Source: Phycisphaerae bacterium (lineage in GTDB: Bacteria > Planctomycetota > Phycisphaerae > UBA1845). Taken from it: a DNA stretch of 41,798 bases. The stretch's first letter is position 1. The number at the start of each line of letters is the position of its first letter. The stretch is from positions 1 through 41,798 of the forward strand of contig JBHHVM010000001.1 in NCBI GenBank assembly GCA_046754265.1, in the 5' to 3' direction. Below the pieces are notes generated by a model. That model ran no database searches, was not told where the DNA came from, and saw nothing but the letters and a program-made list of their open reading frames with translations. The position numbers and the translations under genes are program-made. Of this stretch, positions 25,506 through 32,773 are shown in pieces.

Positions 25506-26975
25506 CTAAAACTTGAACGAGTATTGCACGTAAAACAGGTCCGGGTCCTCGCTCTTGCCCGAATTGATGATGAAATTGCTGTCCCAGAAGTGAGAATACC
25601 CCAGCAGCAGGGCCTGGTGTAGGTCGATCTTCCACACGACCGTCACGTCCACCTCGTGCCCGACCTCGGAGCCGCTGTTGCCGAAGGGATCGCGCCGCCC
25701 GGGTTTCCCCCCCGCGTTATACAGTGCGTCCCGATCGGCGTTAAGCCAAAACGCGTGGTAGGCCACGGCTGCCTTGACCTTTTTCTCCACGGGCCAGGCC
25801 GACAGATTGACGTTGACGGCCGTGATGTTCTGCCGCCCGATCAAATCCAGGAACCCCAAATACTTGTGCCCCAGGGGGAACAACTGATCGAACGTGCCCA
25901 CCTTGCCGTCCCGGGGGTCTTCATCGCCGCTGGCCCAGTCGAACCCCGCCCCCAGCCTCGGTTTCCAAGGCACCTGCTTGAAGGTGTAGCCGCCGTCAAC
26001 CGTCCAGCTCCACGCCTGGATGGTATGGCCCGCCCATCGGCCCCATTGACCGGCCAGTTCAGCCTCATAGTCCCACGGGCCCGTCTTGCCCCAGAATCGC
26101 GAGCCCAGCGTAAAGCGAGATTCGTCACCGACCTTCCCATTCGGGTTGCGGCGGCTGCCCGTCCGGTCGGTCGCGAAGAAATACACGTCGATGCCGTGCC
26201 GGGGAATGCCCTTGAATGTGAAATACGCCCCCCAGAAGTCGAACTGCTCGTCAAAGTCGTCCAGCTCCTCCCGCTTGACCACCACCGGCTTGACGTACCA
26301 GACGTCCAGCCTCCAGTCCTTGTCGGTCCAGAAAACTTTAACGCCATCGAACCGCCGGCGGACGTTGGCCCAATCCAGGGGCGACACCAACCGCTCGGTG
26401 CCGTACTGCAGCTCCTGCCGGCCAATCCGAACCGTCAGGTTGGTGTCGTTGCCGAACGGTTTGACGTCCAGGAAGAGCTGATGGATGTCGTAGCGGTTCT
26501 CGTCGATGCCACGCTTGGGCAGGCTGCGCTTCTCGTCCCAGGCGGCCACGCCCTGAAAAAAGACCCGCACAAAATCCTGGTACTTGAAATCGAAGTGCAC
26601 GAAGGAACGGTAAAGCTGAAACGTGTCCTGGGTGCGGGGGTTGGTGTCGAACGATTTGTTCGACTCGGCTTCCAGCCGGAAGCGGAGTTCCCCGCCGAGG
26701 CTCAGAATCAAATCATCGCCCAAGTGGATCCGTTTAATGGGATCAAAAAGGTCCTCTTTATACGAGCCGGGCGGACCGTCCAGATAGCTGAAATCATCGT
26801 CGTACCGCAGATTAAAGTATTTGGGGCCCGGCAACGGCTTTTCCGGTGCCGAGGCCTCCTTTCCAGAAGGTGGAGGAGCCCCATCCGGTGACGCCGGTTG
26901 GGCAAAAACCGGCTGACTGAGCCAGACAGCCAGCACGCCCACGGTCAAGACCCGTCGAATGCTTCGTGCAAACAT
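25506..26975 (-). CDS. alginate export (AlgE-like) family outer-membrane beta-barrel porin
   Basis: Track ORF 25506-27215. The start is placed at ATG 26975 (MFARSIRRVLTVGVLAVWLSQPVFAQP, a signal peptide). The family-typical block is RIGRQELQYGTERLVSPLDWANVRRRFDGVKVFW. The sequence is aromatic-rich with alternating beta strands and a terminal F. Confidence 0.8.
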   Translation of the reverse strand: MFARSIRRVLTVGVLAVWLSQPVFAQPASPDGAPPPSGKEASAPEKPLPGPKYFNLRYDDDFSYLDGPPGSYKEDLFDPIKRIHLGDDLILSLGGELRFRLEAESNKSFDTNPRTQDTFQLYRSFVHFDFKYQDFVRVFFQGVAAWDEKRSLPKRGIDENRYDIHQLFLDVKPFGNDTNLTVRIGRQELQYGTERLVSPLDWANVRRRFDGVKVFWTDKDWRLDVWYVKPVVVKREELDDFDEQFDFWGAYFTFKGIPRHGIDVYFFATDRTGSRRNPNGKVGDESRFTLGSRFWGKTGPWDYEAELAGQWGRWAGHTIQAWSWTVDGGYTFKQVPWKPRLGAGFDWASGDEDPRDGKVGTFDQLFPLGHKYLGFLDLIGRQNITAVNVNLSAWPVEKKVKAAVAYHAFWLNADRDALYNAGGKPGRRDPFGNSGSEVGHEVDVTVVWKIDLHQALLLGYSHFWDSNFIINSGKSEDPDLFYVQYSFKF

Positions 26976-27217
26976 GGTTGTGCTCTCTTGTGGGTTGGAA
27001 ACTGTCACCGCCTCAACCCGGCTGGCTCGAACCGCTCGGGCAACGCCGGGCCGCCGCCAAGGCGGCGCAACCTGGTTTCTATCTTCGGGCAAACCGGGCG
27101 AAATGCTCCACTTTTGGGACACCCTCGCGCCCTGATTCGACCGGAATCCCTCTGCCGATCGGCCTCCTTCAGCCAAATCGGCTTGGGTTTCTTGATAAGC
27201 CCTTACTCCCAACACTG

Positions 27218-28042
27218 TCAGCCTCCGCTGGATCGCTTGGCGGCCACCATGACAACGGCTGACAGGTGATCGTGATAGGCTTGAAGCACCCGCCGCATGG
27301 CCAGCACGCGCCGCCGGGCATCGCCGTGCGTCAGCACGTTGAACAGGAACCGCGCCGTTCCCGCCAACCCTTCGTCGCGCAAAATCCGCCCCGGCTCCAA
27401 CAGGTGCATCGGCGCCGTAGACTGGGCGCTCACTTCAAGATCGTGGGCTTCGAGCAACGCTCGCCAGCCCGAAGGCGTCAACGGCTGGACTGCGTGCCGA
27501 ATCTGGCCGGTCAATTCCCGAGCGATTTCCGCCTGGAGCGACTCGGCTGCGTCATCCGGCGTCACCGCCATCTCGTGAATCGCGTACCGCCCGCCCGATT
27601 TCAGCAGCCGGGCTGCCTCGGCCACGATCCGGTGCTTGATCGAGGCGGCGTGCATGGTCAGCATGGCTTCGCCGTAGACCACCGTGGCGCAGGCGGCCTC
27701 CAGGCCGCTGGCCTGGGCTCGGCCCACTACGCACCGGCAGTTCCCTTCTCTCAACAAGCGCCCCATTCGCTGGGCAGCCTCTGGATCGCCTTCCACAGCC
27801 GTGTACTGGGCCGGGTGCCGCTGGAGGGTCATTCGGGCAGTCGCCCCCATCCCCGGGGCAAACTCCACCACCTGGTCATCCCGGCCGATGTCCAGCGTCT
27901 CCAGCATCCGGCGGGTCAGCTCGATCCCTCCCGGGCGCAACACTTTCTTGCCCAACCGGGCCAGCACCCAATGGCCCGGCGCTTTGTCGGTCGGCGCCCC
28001 GTGACCAAAGTCCGGCGGTTTGTGCTCAGTTTGAGCGTGCAT
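27218..28042 (-). CDS. class I SAM-dependent methyltransferase
   Basis: Track ORF 27218-28072. I prefer ATG 28042, which lies 5 nt after the octahaem stop and has AGGA upstream. Motif I is VVEFAPGMGATA, and the post-I/II blocks resemble Methyltransf_11/25 proteins. The substrate is unknown. Confidence 0.7.
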   Translation of the reverse strand: MHAQTEHKPPDFGHGAPTDKAPGHWVLARLGKKVLRPGGIELTRRMLETLDIGRDDQVVEFAPGMGATARMTLQRHPAQYTAVEGDPEAAQRMGRLLREGNCRCVVGRAQASGLEAACATVVYGEAMLTMHAASIKHRIVAEAARLLKSGGRYAIHEMAVTPDDAAESLQAEIARELTGQIRHAVQPLTPSGWRALLEAHDLEVSAQSTAPMHLLEPGRILRDEGLAGTARFLFNVLTHGDARRRVLAMRRVLQAYHDHLSAVVMVAAKRSSGG

Positions 28043-28047
28043 GAATC

Positions 28048-29640
28048 CTATTCCGAAGCTTCGCCCTGCCATTTATGCTCGGGCCGGGCCAGGATCCCGT
28101 CAATGACCGCTTCCACCGCGTCGGCCTGGGCGGTCTGACCCGCCTGGCGGGCGTGCTCGGCAATCTCGCGGGCCTCGGGGATCAACTCCTGATAAAAGCG
28201 CTCCGCCACTTCGTACATCCCGTGCCAATGGGCATAGTCCGGCGCCATCATCGACGCTCCGTGTCGGGCCCGCCGACCTTCGTGATGCCACAGATAGAAC
28301 CAGGTCCACTCGATCTTCTCGTCGAAGCTGGCCTTGGTGATCAGACCCTGTCTTCGCAGGGCGCCCATGATCAATTGGCCGGGCTTGGCGAATTTCTCGT
28401 TGTAGAGCACGACCAGATCGTCGTACTGCTGGTAGAACGACGTGATGTAATCCGGCGTGTGGCAGTGCATGCACACGTCACTCATCCGGCTGCGCTTGTC
28501 CTGCCAGGTGTCGGTCACCAGGGCCCGGCGCTTGGCGGGGTCGGTTTCCTTGATGACGTGGTGATCCTTGTCGGTGTCCATCGCCAGGCTGACGGGGGGC
28601 CTGTTGGTCCAACTGATCCGCGTGCCGGGGTTGTGCGTGATTTGACCGCCGTTGCGCATGTGCCCCGACATGTGGCAGGTCGCGCAGGTGGGGGCTTGCG
28701 AATAGTCCTGCCCGAGGATCCAGGTTTCGCCGTCCAAGTGCATTTGATCCTTGAGGTCGCGGTAGGCCACGCCGTGCTTGGACTCTTCGTAGATTTCCTT
28801 CTGCGGGTGGTCGGGCCCCAGGTGGCACTTGCCGCAGTTTTCCGGGCGGCGGGCCCGCCGCGGCGAAAAGTCGTGCCGGCTGTGACAGGCCGAGCACGAT
28901 CCCCGCGACCCGTCCAGGTTCAGTCGGCCGATCCCGGTGTTGGGCCAGGTGCCGGGGTGATACTTGGGCTTGCCCTGGCCGTCTTTGAGTACTCGGTCCA
29001 CCGCCTCGGCGTTGGTCGGTCGGCCATCGCCGTCGGGCTTGAGATCGTCCACGCTGATCATGCCGCCGTCGGTGCCTTGCAGGGCCACCTTGCTACCGTG
29101 ACATTGCTTGCAACCGACCGTTGCGCTGGCCCGTCCGTTGACTTGCTTGACGCCCGGTCTGCCCGGCGTGGGCGAATGCGGCGCAAAGGGCTCTCGAGCG
29201 CCCTCCACCACCTCAGCCAGGAAATTGTCCAGCGATGCCAGAATGTTGCCGGCGGCTGCGTGGTGGCTGGCCTCGAACTCCTGGGCCTCGCGAGGATGGC
29301 ACCCGGAGCAATCCCTGGGCGTGACCACCGTGGCGATATGGACGCCGTAGTGCTCAAACCCATCCACGTCCCCTTTTTTGGCCTGGTGACATTCCACACA
29401 GGCGACGCCCTTGCGGGCGTGGGTGCTGGCCTTCCAGTGATCCACGATGCCGGGGCTTGACTGGGCGTGGCACTCGATGCAATCCCGGCTCGCTTCGGGC
29501 ACCATGGCCAACACCGTGGAGAGCGGTCTCTCGGCCGGCGGCAGGTGTTTGCGGGACTCCATCTCAGCCACCATGATCAGGGCCACGCACAGGGCGATGC
29601 CCAGGATGAAGACGACGATACGTTTAGTGTTCAAGGACAT
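28048..29640 (-). CDS. membrane-anchored octahaem cytochrome c, hydroxylamine oxidoreductase (HAO)-like family
   Basis: 530 aa with an N-terminal TM helix (IVVFILGIALCVALIMVA). There are exactly eight CxxCH motifs (CIECH, CVECH, CSGCH, CKQCH, CSACH, CGKCH, CATCH, CMHCH). The blocks CSACHSRHDFS...CGKCHLGPDHPQKEIYEESKHG and WHHEGRRARHGASMMAPDY are ones I recognise as HAO/epsilon-HAO-like. Confidence 0.85.
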   Translation of the reverse strand: MSLNTKRIVVFILGIALCVALIMVAEMESRKHLPPAERPLSTVLAMVPEASRDCIECHAQSSPGIVDHWKASTHARKGVACVECHQAKKGDVDGFEHYGVHIATVVTPRDCSGCHPREAQEFEASHHAAAGNILASLDNFLAEVVEGAREPFAPHSPTPGRPGVKQVNGRASATVGCKQCHGSKVALQGTDGGMISVDDLKPDGDGRPTNAEAVDRVLKDGQGKPKYHPGTWPNTGIGRLNLDGSRGSCSACHSRHDFSPRRARRPENCGKCHLGPDHPQKEIYEESKHGVAYRDLKDQMHLDGETWILGQDYSQAPTCATCHMSGHMRNGGQITHNPGTRISWTNRPPVSLAMDTDKDHHVIKETDPAKRRALVTDTWQDKRSRMSDVCMHCHTPDYITSFYQQYDDLVVLYNEKFAKPGQLIMGALRRQGLITKASFDEKIEWTWFYLWHHEGRRARHGASMMAPDYAHWHGMYEVAERFYQELIPEAREIAEHARQAGQTAQADAVEAVIDGILARPEHKWQGEASE

Positions 29641-29652
29641 CGATGCATACCC

Positions 29653-31128
29653 TCACACCATCGCCTCCCAGACCGTAAAGGCCAGGAAGGTCACAAAGGT
29701 CACGATTCCGACATAGACTCCCAGGTCCTTGCCCGGGGCGATTTTTTCCAAGAGGGCATCAGCCCAGGGCCAGGCCACGATCAAAGCCAGCATCAACCCG
29801 CTCAGCAGCACAGCCGTTTTCAAGCCCATCAGCTTCAGCAGGCGGAACTGGAAGAAGAAATACCACTCCGGCTTGATGTGTTCGGGGGTCAGCAGCGGGT
29901 TGGCTTTCTCACCCATCTCGGCGGGGAAGACCAGCGACAGCAAGGTCAGCAGGAACAGCAGCAGCGTTCCGATCATCACCTCGGTCAGAAGATGATCCGG
30001 GAAGAAGTTGAAGGGCCGATCTTCACCCCGCCCTTCGTGAAATCGGTGGTGACGGGCCGCTCCATAGACCACCGTCAACGCCAGCACCACGGCCGCCACC
30101 ATCCACAACACCGTGTTGGCCGCCTCGTGATGGACCAGGTCGAAGATCAGCTTGCCCAATGCCAGAATGCTGACGAACAGCCAGATCAACAACCCGTAGT
30201 AATGCCCCTTAAACAGCAGCACCGAACCGGTAGCGATCACCACGGCTGCGATGGCCCAGAATATCCGGCTGCCCTCCAGCGTCAGGTCGTGGCCGATCAC
30301 GTTGACAGGTTGGAGGTTCAGGGCAGCCATTAACGCACAGCCCAGGGCGACTACCGCAGCCAGCAGTGCCATTATCCTGACACCGGGCAACCGATGGGCG
30401 GGCCTGCGCTGACCGGGCTCGGTGCCGGTGGGCGTATGCACGAAGGAAAGCTCCGACACGCCGTGGATACGCAGCACGGCAATATGCATGCCGATCAGCA
30501 GAATGATCAGCACCGGCAAGATGCCCACGTGCAGATTGAACATTCGCGTCAGCGTGTTGGGGCCTATCTCGCTGCCGCCGCGCATGAAGGTGGCCAGCGC
30601 CTCGCCAACAACCGGGACCGACGCGGTCAGCTCCGTGGCGACGGTGATGCCCCAATAGCTGAGCTGCTCGTAGATCAGCGAATACCCCGTAAAGCCCATG
30701 GTCAGCGTGACCAGCAACAGGCACACGCCGAGGATCCAGTTCAGTTGCCGCGGGTGCCGAAACGCGCACGAGAAGAAGACTCGGGACATGTGCAGGATGA
30801 CCGTGATGATCATCAAGTTGCCGGCCCATTTGTGGACGCTACGCAGGAACCAGCCGAAAGGCACGACCCGCGTGATGGCATCGACGCTCTCGTAGGCCCG
30901 ATCGGCCGAGGGCACGTAATAGAACGCCAGCAGGATGCCGGTCGTGATTTGAATCAAGAATAGATAGGCCGGCGTTCCCCCCAGGGCGAACCACCACCGC
31001 TTGATGTGCCCCGGGACCGGTTCGTTGGTGACCTCCTCGACCTTGCCCCAATCGACCGGCAGCAACTGCCAAAGCCGGCCGCCGGAGCTTCGGGTAGACG
31101 ACGGGCCCGGCCTGGCGGGTTCAACCAT
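29653..31128 (-). CDS. cytochrome b (b6-type) fused to subunit IV, with an internal multi-helix insertion
   Basis: 491 aa that aligns by eye with cytochrome b6 (WFALGG...FGWFLRSVHKWAGNLMIITVILH...GYSL...YWG...RGG...TLTR). The His pairs are H99/H113 and H200/H215. The PEWY Qo motif lies at residues 419-422 (29860-29871). About 110 extra residues with four hydrophobic helices lie between the two parts. Confidence 0.9.
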   Translation of the reverse strand: MVEPARPGPSSTRSSGGRLWQLLPVDWGKVEEVTNEPVPGHIKRWWFALGGTPAYLFLIQITTGILLAFYYVPSADRAYESVDAITRVVPFGWFLRSVHKWAGNLMIITVILHMSRVFFSCAFRHPRQLNWILGVCLLLVTLTMGFTGYSLIYEQLSYWGITVATELTASVPVVGEALATFMRGGSEIGPNTLTRMFNLHVGILPVLIILLIGMHIAVLRIHGVSELSFVHTPTGTEPGQRRPAHRLPGVRIMALLAAVVALGCALMAALNLQPVNVIGHDLTLEGSRIFWAIAAVVIATGSVLLFKGHYYGLLIWLFVSILALGKLIFDLVHHEAANTVLWMVAAVVLALTVVYGAARHHRFHEGRGEDRPFNFFPDHLLTEVMIGTLLLFLLTLLSLVFPAEMGEKANPLLTPEHIKPEWYFFFQFRLLKLMGLKTAVLLSGLMLALIVAWPWADALLEKIAPGKDLGVYVGIVTFVTFLAFTVWEAMV

Positions 31129-31624
31129 GATAAGCAGCCTCCGCCGACACCATCACGAACACGCAGCCGGTCGCCGGGTTTACCTTCACGTCGTAGGTCA
31201 GCAGGTTCTTGTTCTCCTTGGCTGGGGGGCCCGAAACCGCCTTGCCGTTCTTGTCAAACACGCCCTGGTGGCACGGACAGAGGAATTGCTGGTCTCCGGG
31301 CGAGAAATGCACCTTGCAGCCCAGGTGCGGGCACTTGCTGGACAGCGCTTTGAAGCCCCGGGCTGGGTCCTGGGCATCGGTGCCCGTTCGGGCAATGGCG
31401 ATTTCCTGGCCTGCTGGGTCCTTCACCGTCAAAGATGCTCCCACCGGGATGGATTTCAAGGTGCCTACGAACATTTCTCGCCGCGTGCGAGTCGCCTTCA
31501 ATGGAACCAAGTAGCGCAAGAAATGCCACGCCCCAAGGCCATACCCCGCCAAAAGCCCCGCACCCATCAACAGGCTGACCACAAAGCCGCGTCGTCCGTC
31601 GGATTGGGGCGGGTTCGCTGCCAT
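31121..31624 (-). CDS. Rieske 2Fe-2S protein of a Rieske/cytochrome b complex
   Basis: 167 aa with a twin-arginine-like GRRGFVVSLL plus a TM helix. Cluster-binding boxes are CPHLGC (31315-31332) and CPCH (31267-31278). It overlaps the cytochrome b start by 8 nt. Confidence 0.9.
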   Translation of the reverse strand: MAANPPQSDGRRGFVVSLLMGAGLLAGYGLGAWHFLRYLVPLKATRTRREMFVGTLKSIPVGASLTVKDPAGQEIAIARTGTDAQDPARGFKALSSKCPHLGCKVHFSPGDQQFLCPCHQGVFDKNGKAVSGPPAKENKNLLTYDVKVNPATGCVFVMVSAEAAYHG

Positions 31625-31833
31625 GGAGCGCAGAACTCATACGCCCGCCTTACCAGTCGGGCAGAAGACAACCCTGGGGATCCTGGGCGCGCCATGAGGG
31701 CGTCGCCGCAACGATCGGGATTATCGACCACCCGACGCGCCAAGGCCTTGACGGTCGTCAAGCCGGGTGCGTTTTACCTGTGAAATGCCGCCCGGGGCTG
31801 CATGGTCTTGGCCGTTCGGCTAGAATGTGCGTC

Positions 31834-32454
31834 ATGAAGATTCCCGACGTGGACATTCCGGTGACTGCGGTCCGTGTCCCAATGGAGTGGATCATGCGCG
31901 CAGAACGAGCGGTGGAAAAGGTTCGTGAGCGGTTGCTTCGTACCTGCCGGGCGCTGGAAGGGGCGAGCGTGCCCTACGTCGTGATTGGCGGCAATGCCGT
32001 GGCGATCTGGGTCGGCAGCAAAGACGAGGGGGCCATCCGCAACACCAAGGACGTGGACGTGCTTCTGAATCGCGCCGACCTGCCCCGCGCCGCCGAAGCG
32101 ATGTCGGCCGCCGGTTTCGATATGGCCGAGGTTAACGGCATAACCATGTTCCTCGATCAGGCTGATCCGATGCCCAGCCGCGGCGTCCATGTCCTCTTCG
32201 CGGGCGAACCGATCAAGCCACACGATCTCCATCCCGCCCCGCCTGTGGTCAAGGGCATCCGCAGCCCCGAGGGCGTGGACGCCATCGAACTGCGCGAACT
32301 GTTGATCTTGAAGCTCATCGCCTTCCGTCGAATCGATCAAGTACACATCGCCGACATGATCCGCGTCGACCTGATCGACGACGCCGTGGCCGAGCAGATC
32401 CCCGCGGAACTGCGCCCACGCCTGGAAGAAATCCGGGCGGACCCGGATGGGTAA
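31834..32454 (+). CDS. nucleotidyltransferase-fold protein (minimal NTase / AbiEii-like pattern), solitary
   Basis: Track ORF 31780-32454; the start is possibly ATG 31834. The pattern VVIGGNAVAIWVGSKDEGAIRNTKDVDVLL is G-G-x(n)-D-x-D, followed by VHVLF and a helical LILKLIAFRRIDQVHIADMI tail. The mirror minus-strand ORF was rejected. Confidence 0.55.
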   Translation: MKIPDVDIPVTAVRVPMEWIMRAERAVEKVRERLLRTCRALEGASVPYVVIGGNAVAIWVGSKDEGAIRNTKDVDVLLNRADLPRAAEAMSAAGFDMAEVNGITMFLDQADPMPSRGVHVLFAGEPIKPHDLHPAPPVVKGIRSPEGVDAIELRELLILKLIAFRRIDQVHIADMIRVDLIDDAVAEQIPAELRPRLEEIRADPDG

Positions 32455-32476
32455 ACAGGGCACCCGCGCCGTGCCA

Positions 32477-32503
32477 AGCTGTCGATGACATCGGCAGCTT
32501 TAT
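32477..32503 (+). terminator. candidate intrinsic terminator after the NTase gene
   Basis: A 9-bp stem (agctgtcga / tcggcagct, with one G-U pair) and a 5-nt loop at 32477-32499, followed by ttta. It starts 22 nt after the stop codon. The U-tract is short. Confidence 0.35.
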
Positions 32504-32773
32504 CGGGCGATGTGTCATTCGACGCCCCGAAGTGTCCAGAGTGTCTCGCCACCAATTCCGACTCTGAATGGGTCGATCCCCCCCGATAGCCCTTTGGACC
32601 TCGGAAATAACCGACCCAGGTCCCCGGCTGTTACCCAGGCGTGACCGTGACGGCTTGACGCTCGATGCGCCGAACGGGTAGCTTCAGTGGATTAGCCAGC
32701 GGTCCCCTTTTCCAGCGACCTGCGCCTGGGGACTCAGCCGATAGCGTGGATGTCCTTACTGAATAGGTAGACC

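Noticed and set aside
28075-29460. 461-aa plus-strand ORF opposite the octahaem cytochrome gene. Similar long antisense ORFs lie at 25656-26891, 27266-28138, 29467-30333, 31001-31783 and 38870-40117.
   Set aside because: Each one mirrors a gene with strong family motifs on the other strand (CxxCH x8, porin, methyltransferase, cytochrome b, Rieske, secreted protein). Each has a low-complexity Arg/Gly/Pro/His-rich composition.
31774-32463. 229-aa minus-strand ORF almost exactly mirroring the 31780-32454 plus-strand ORF
   Set aside because: The plus-strand product shows a coherent NTase-fold pattern and ordinary composition. The minus-strand product is His/Asp/Gly/Ala-rich without motifs. I kept the plus-strand call at moderate confidence only.
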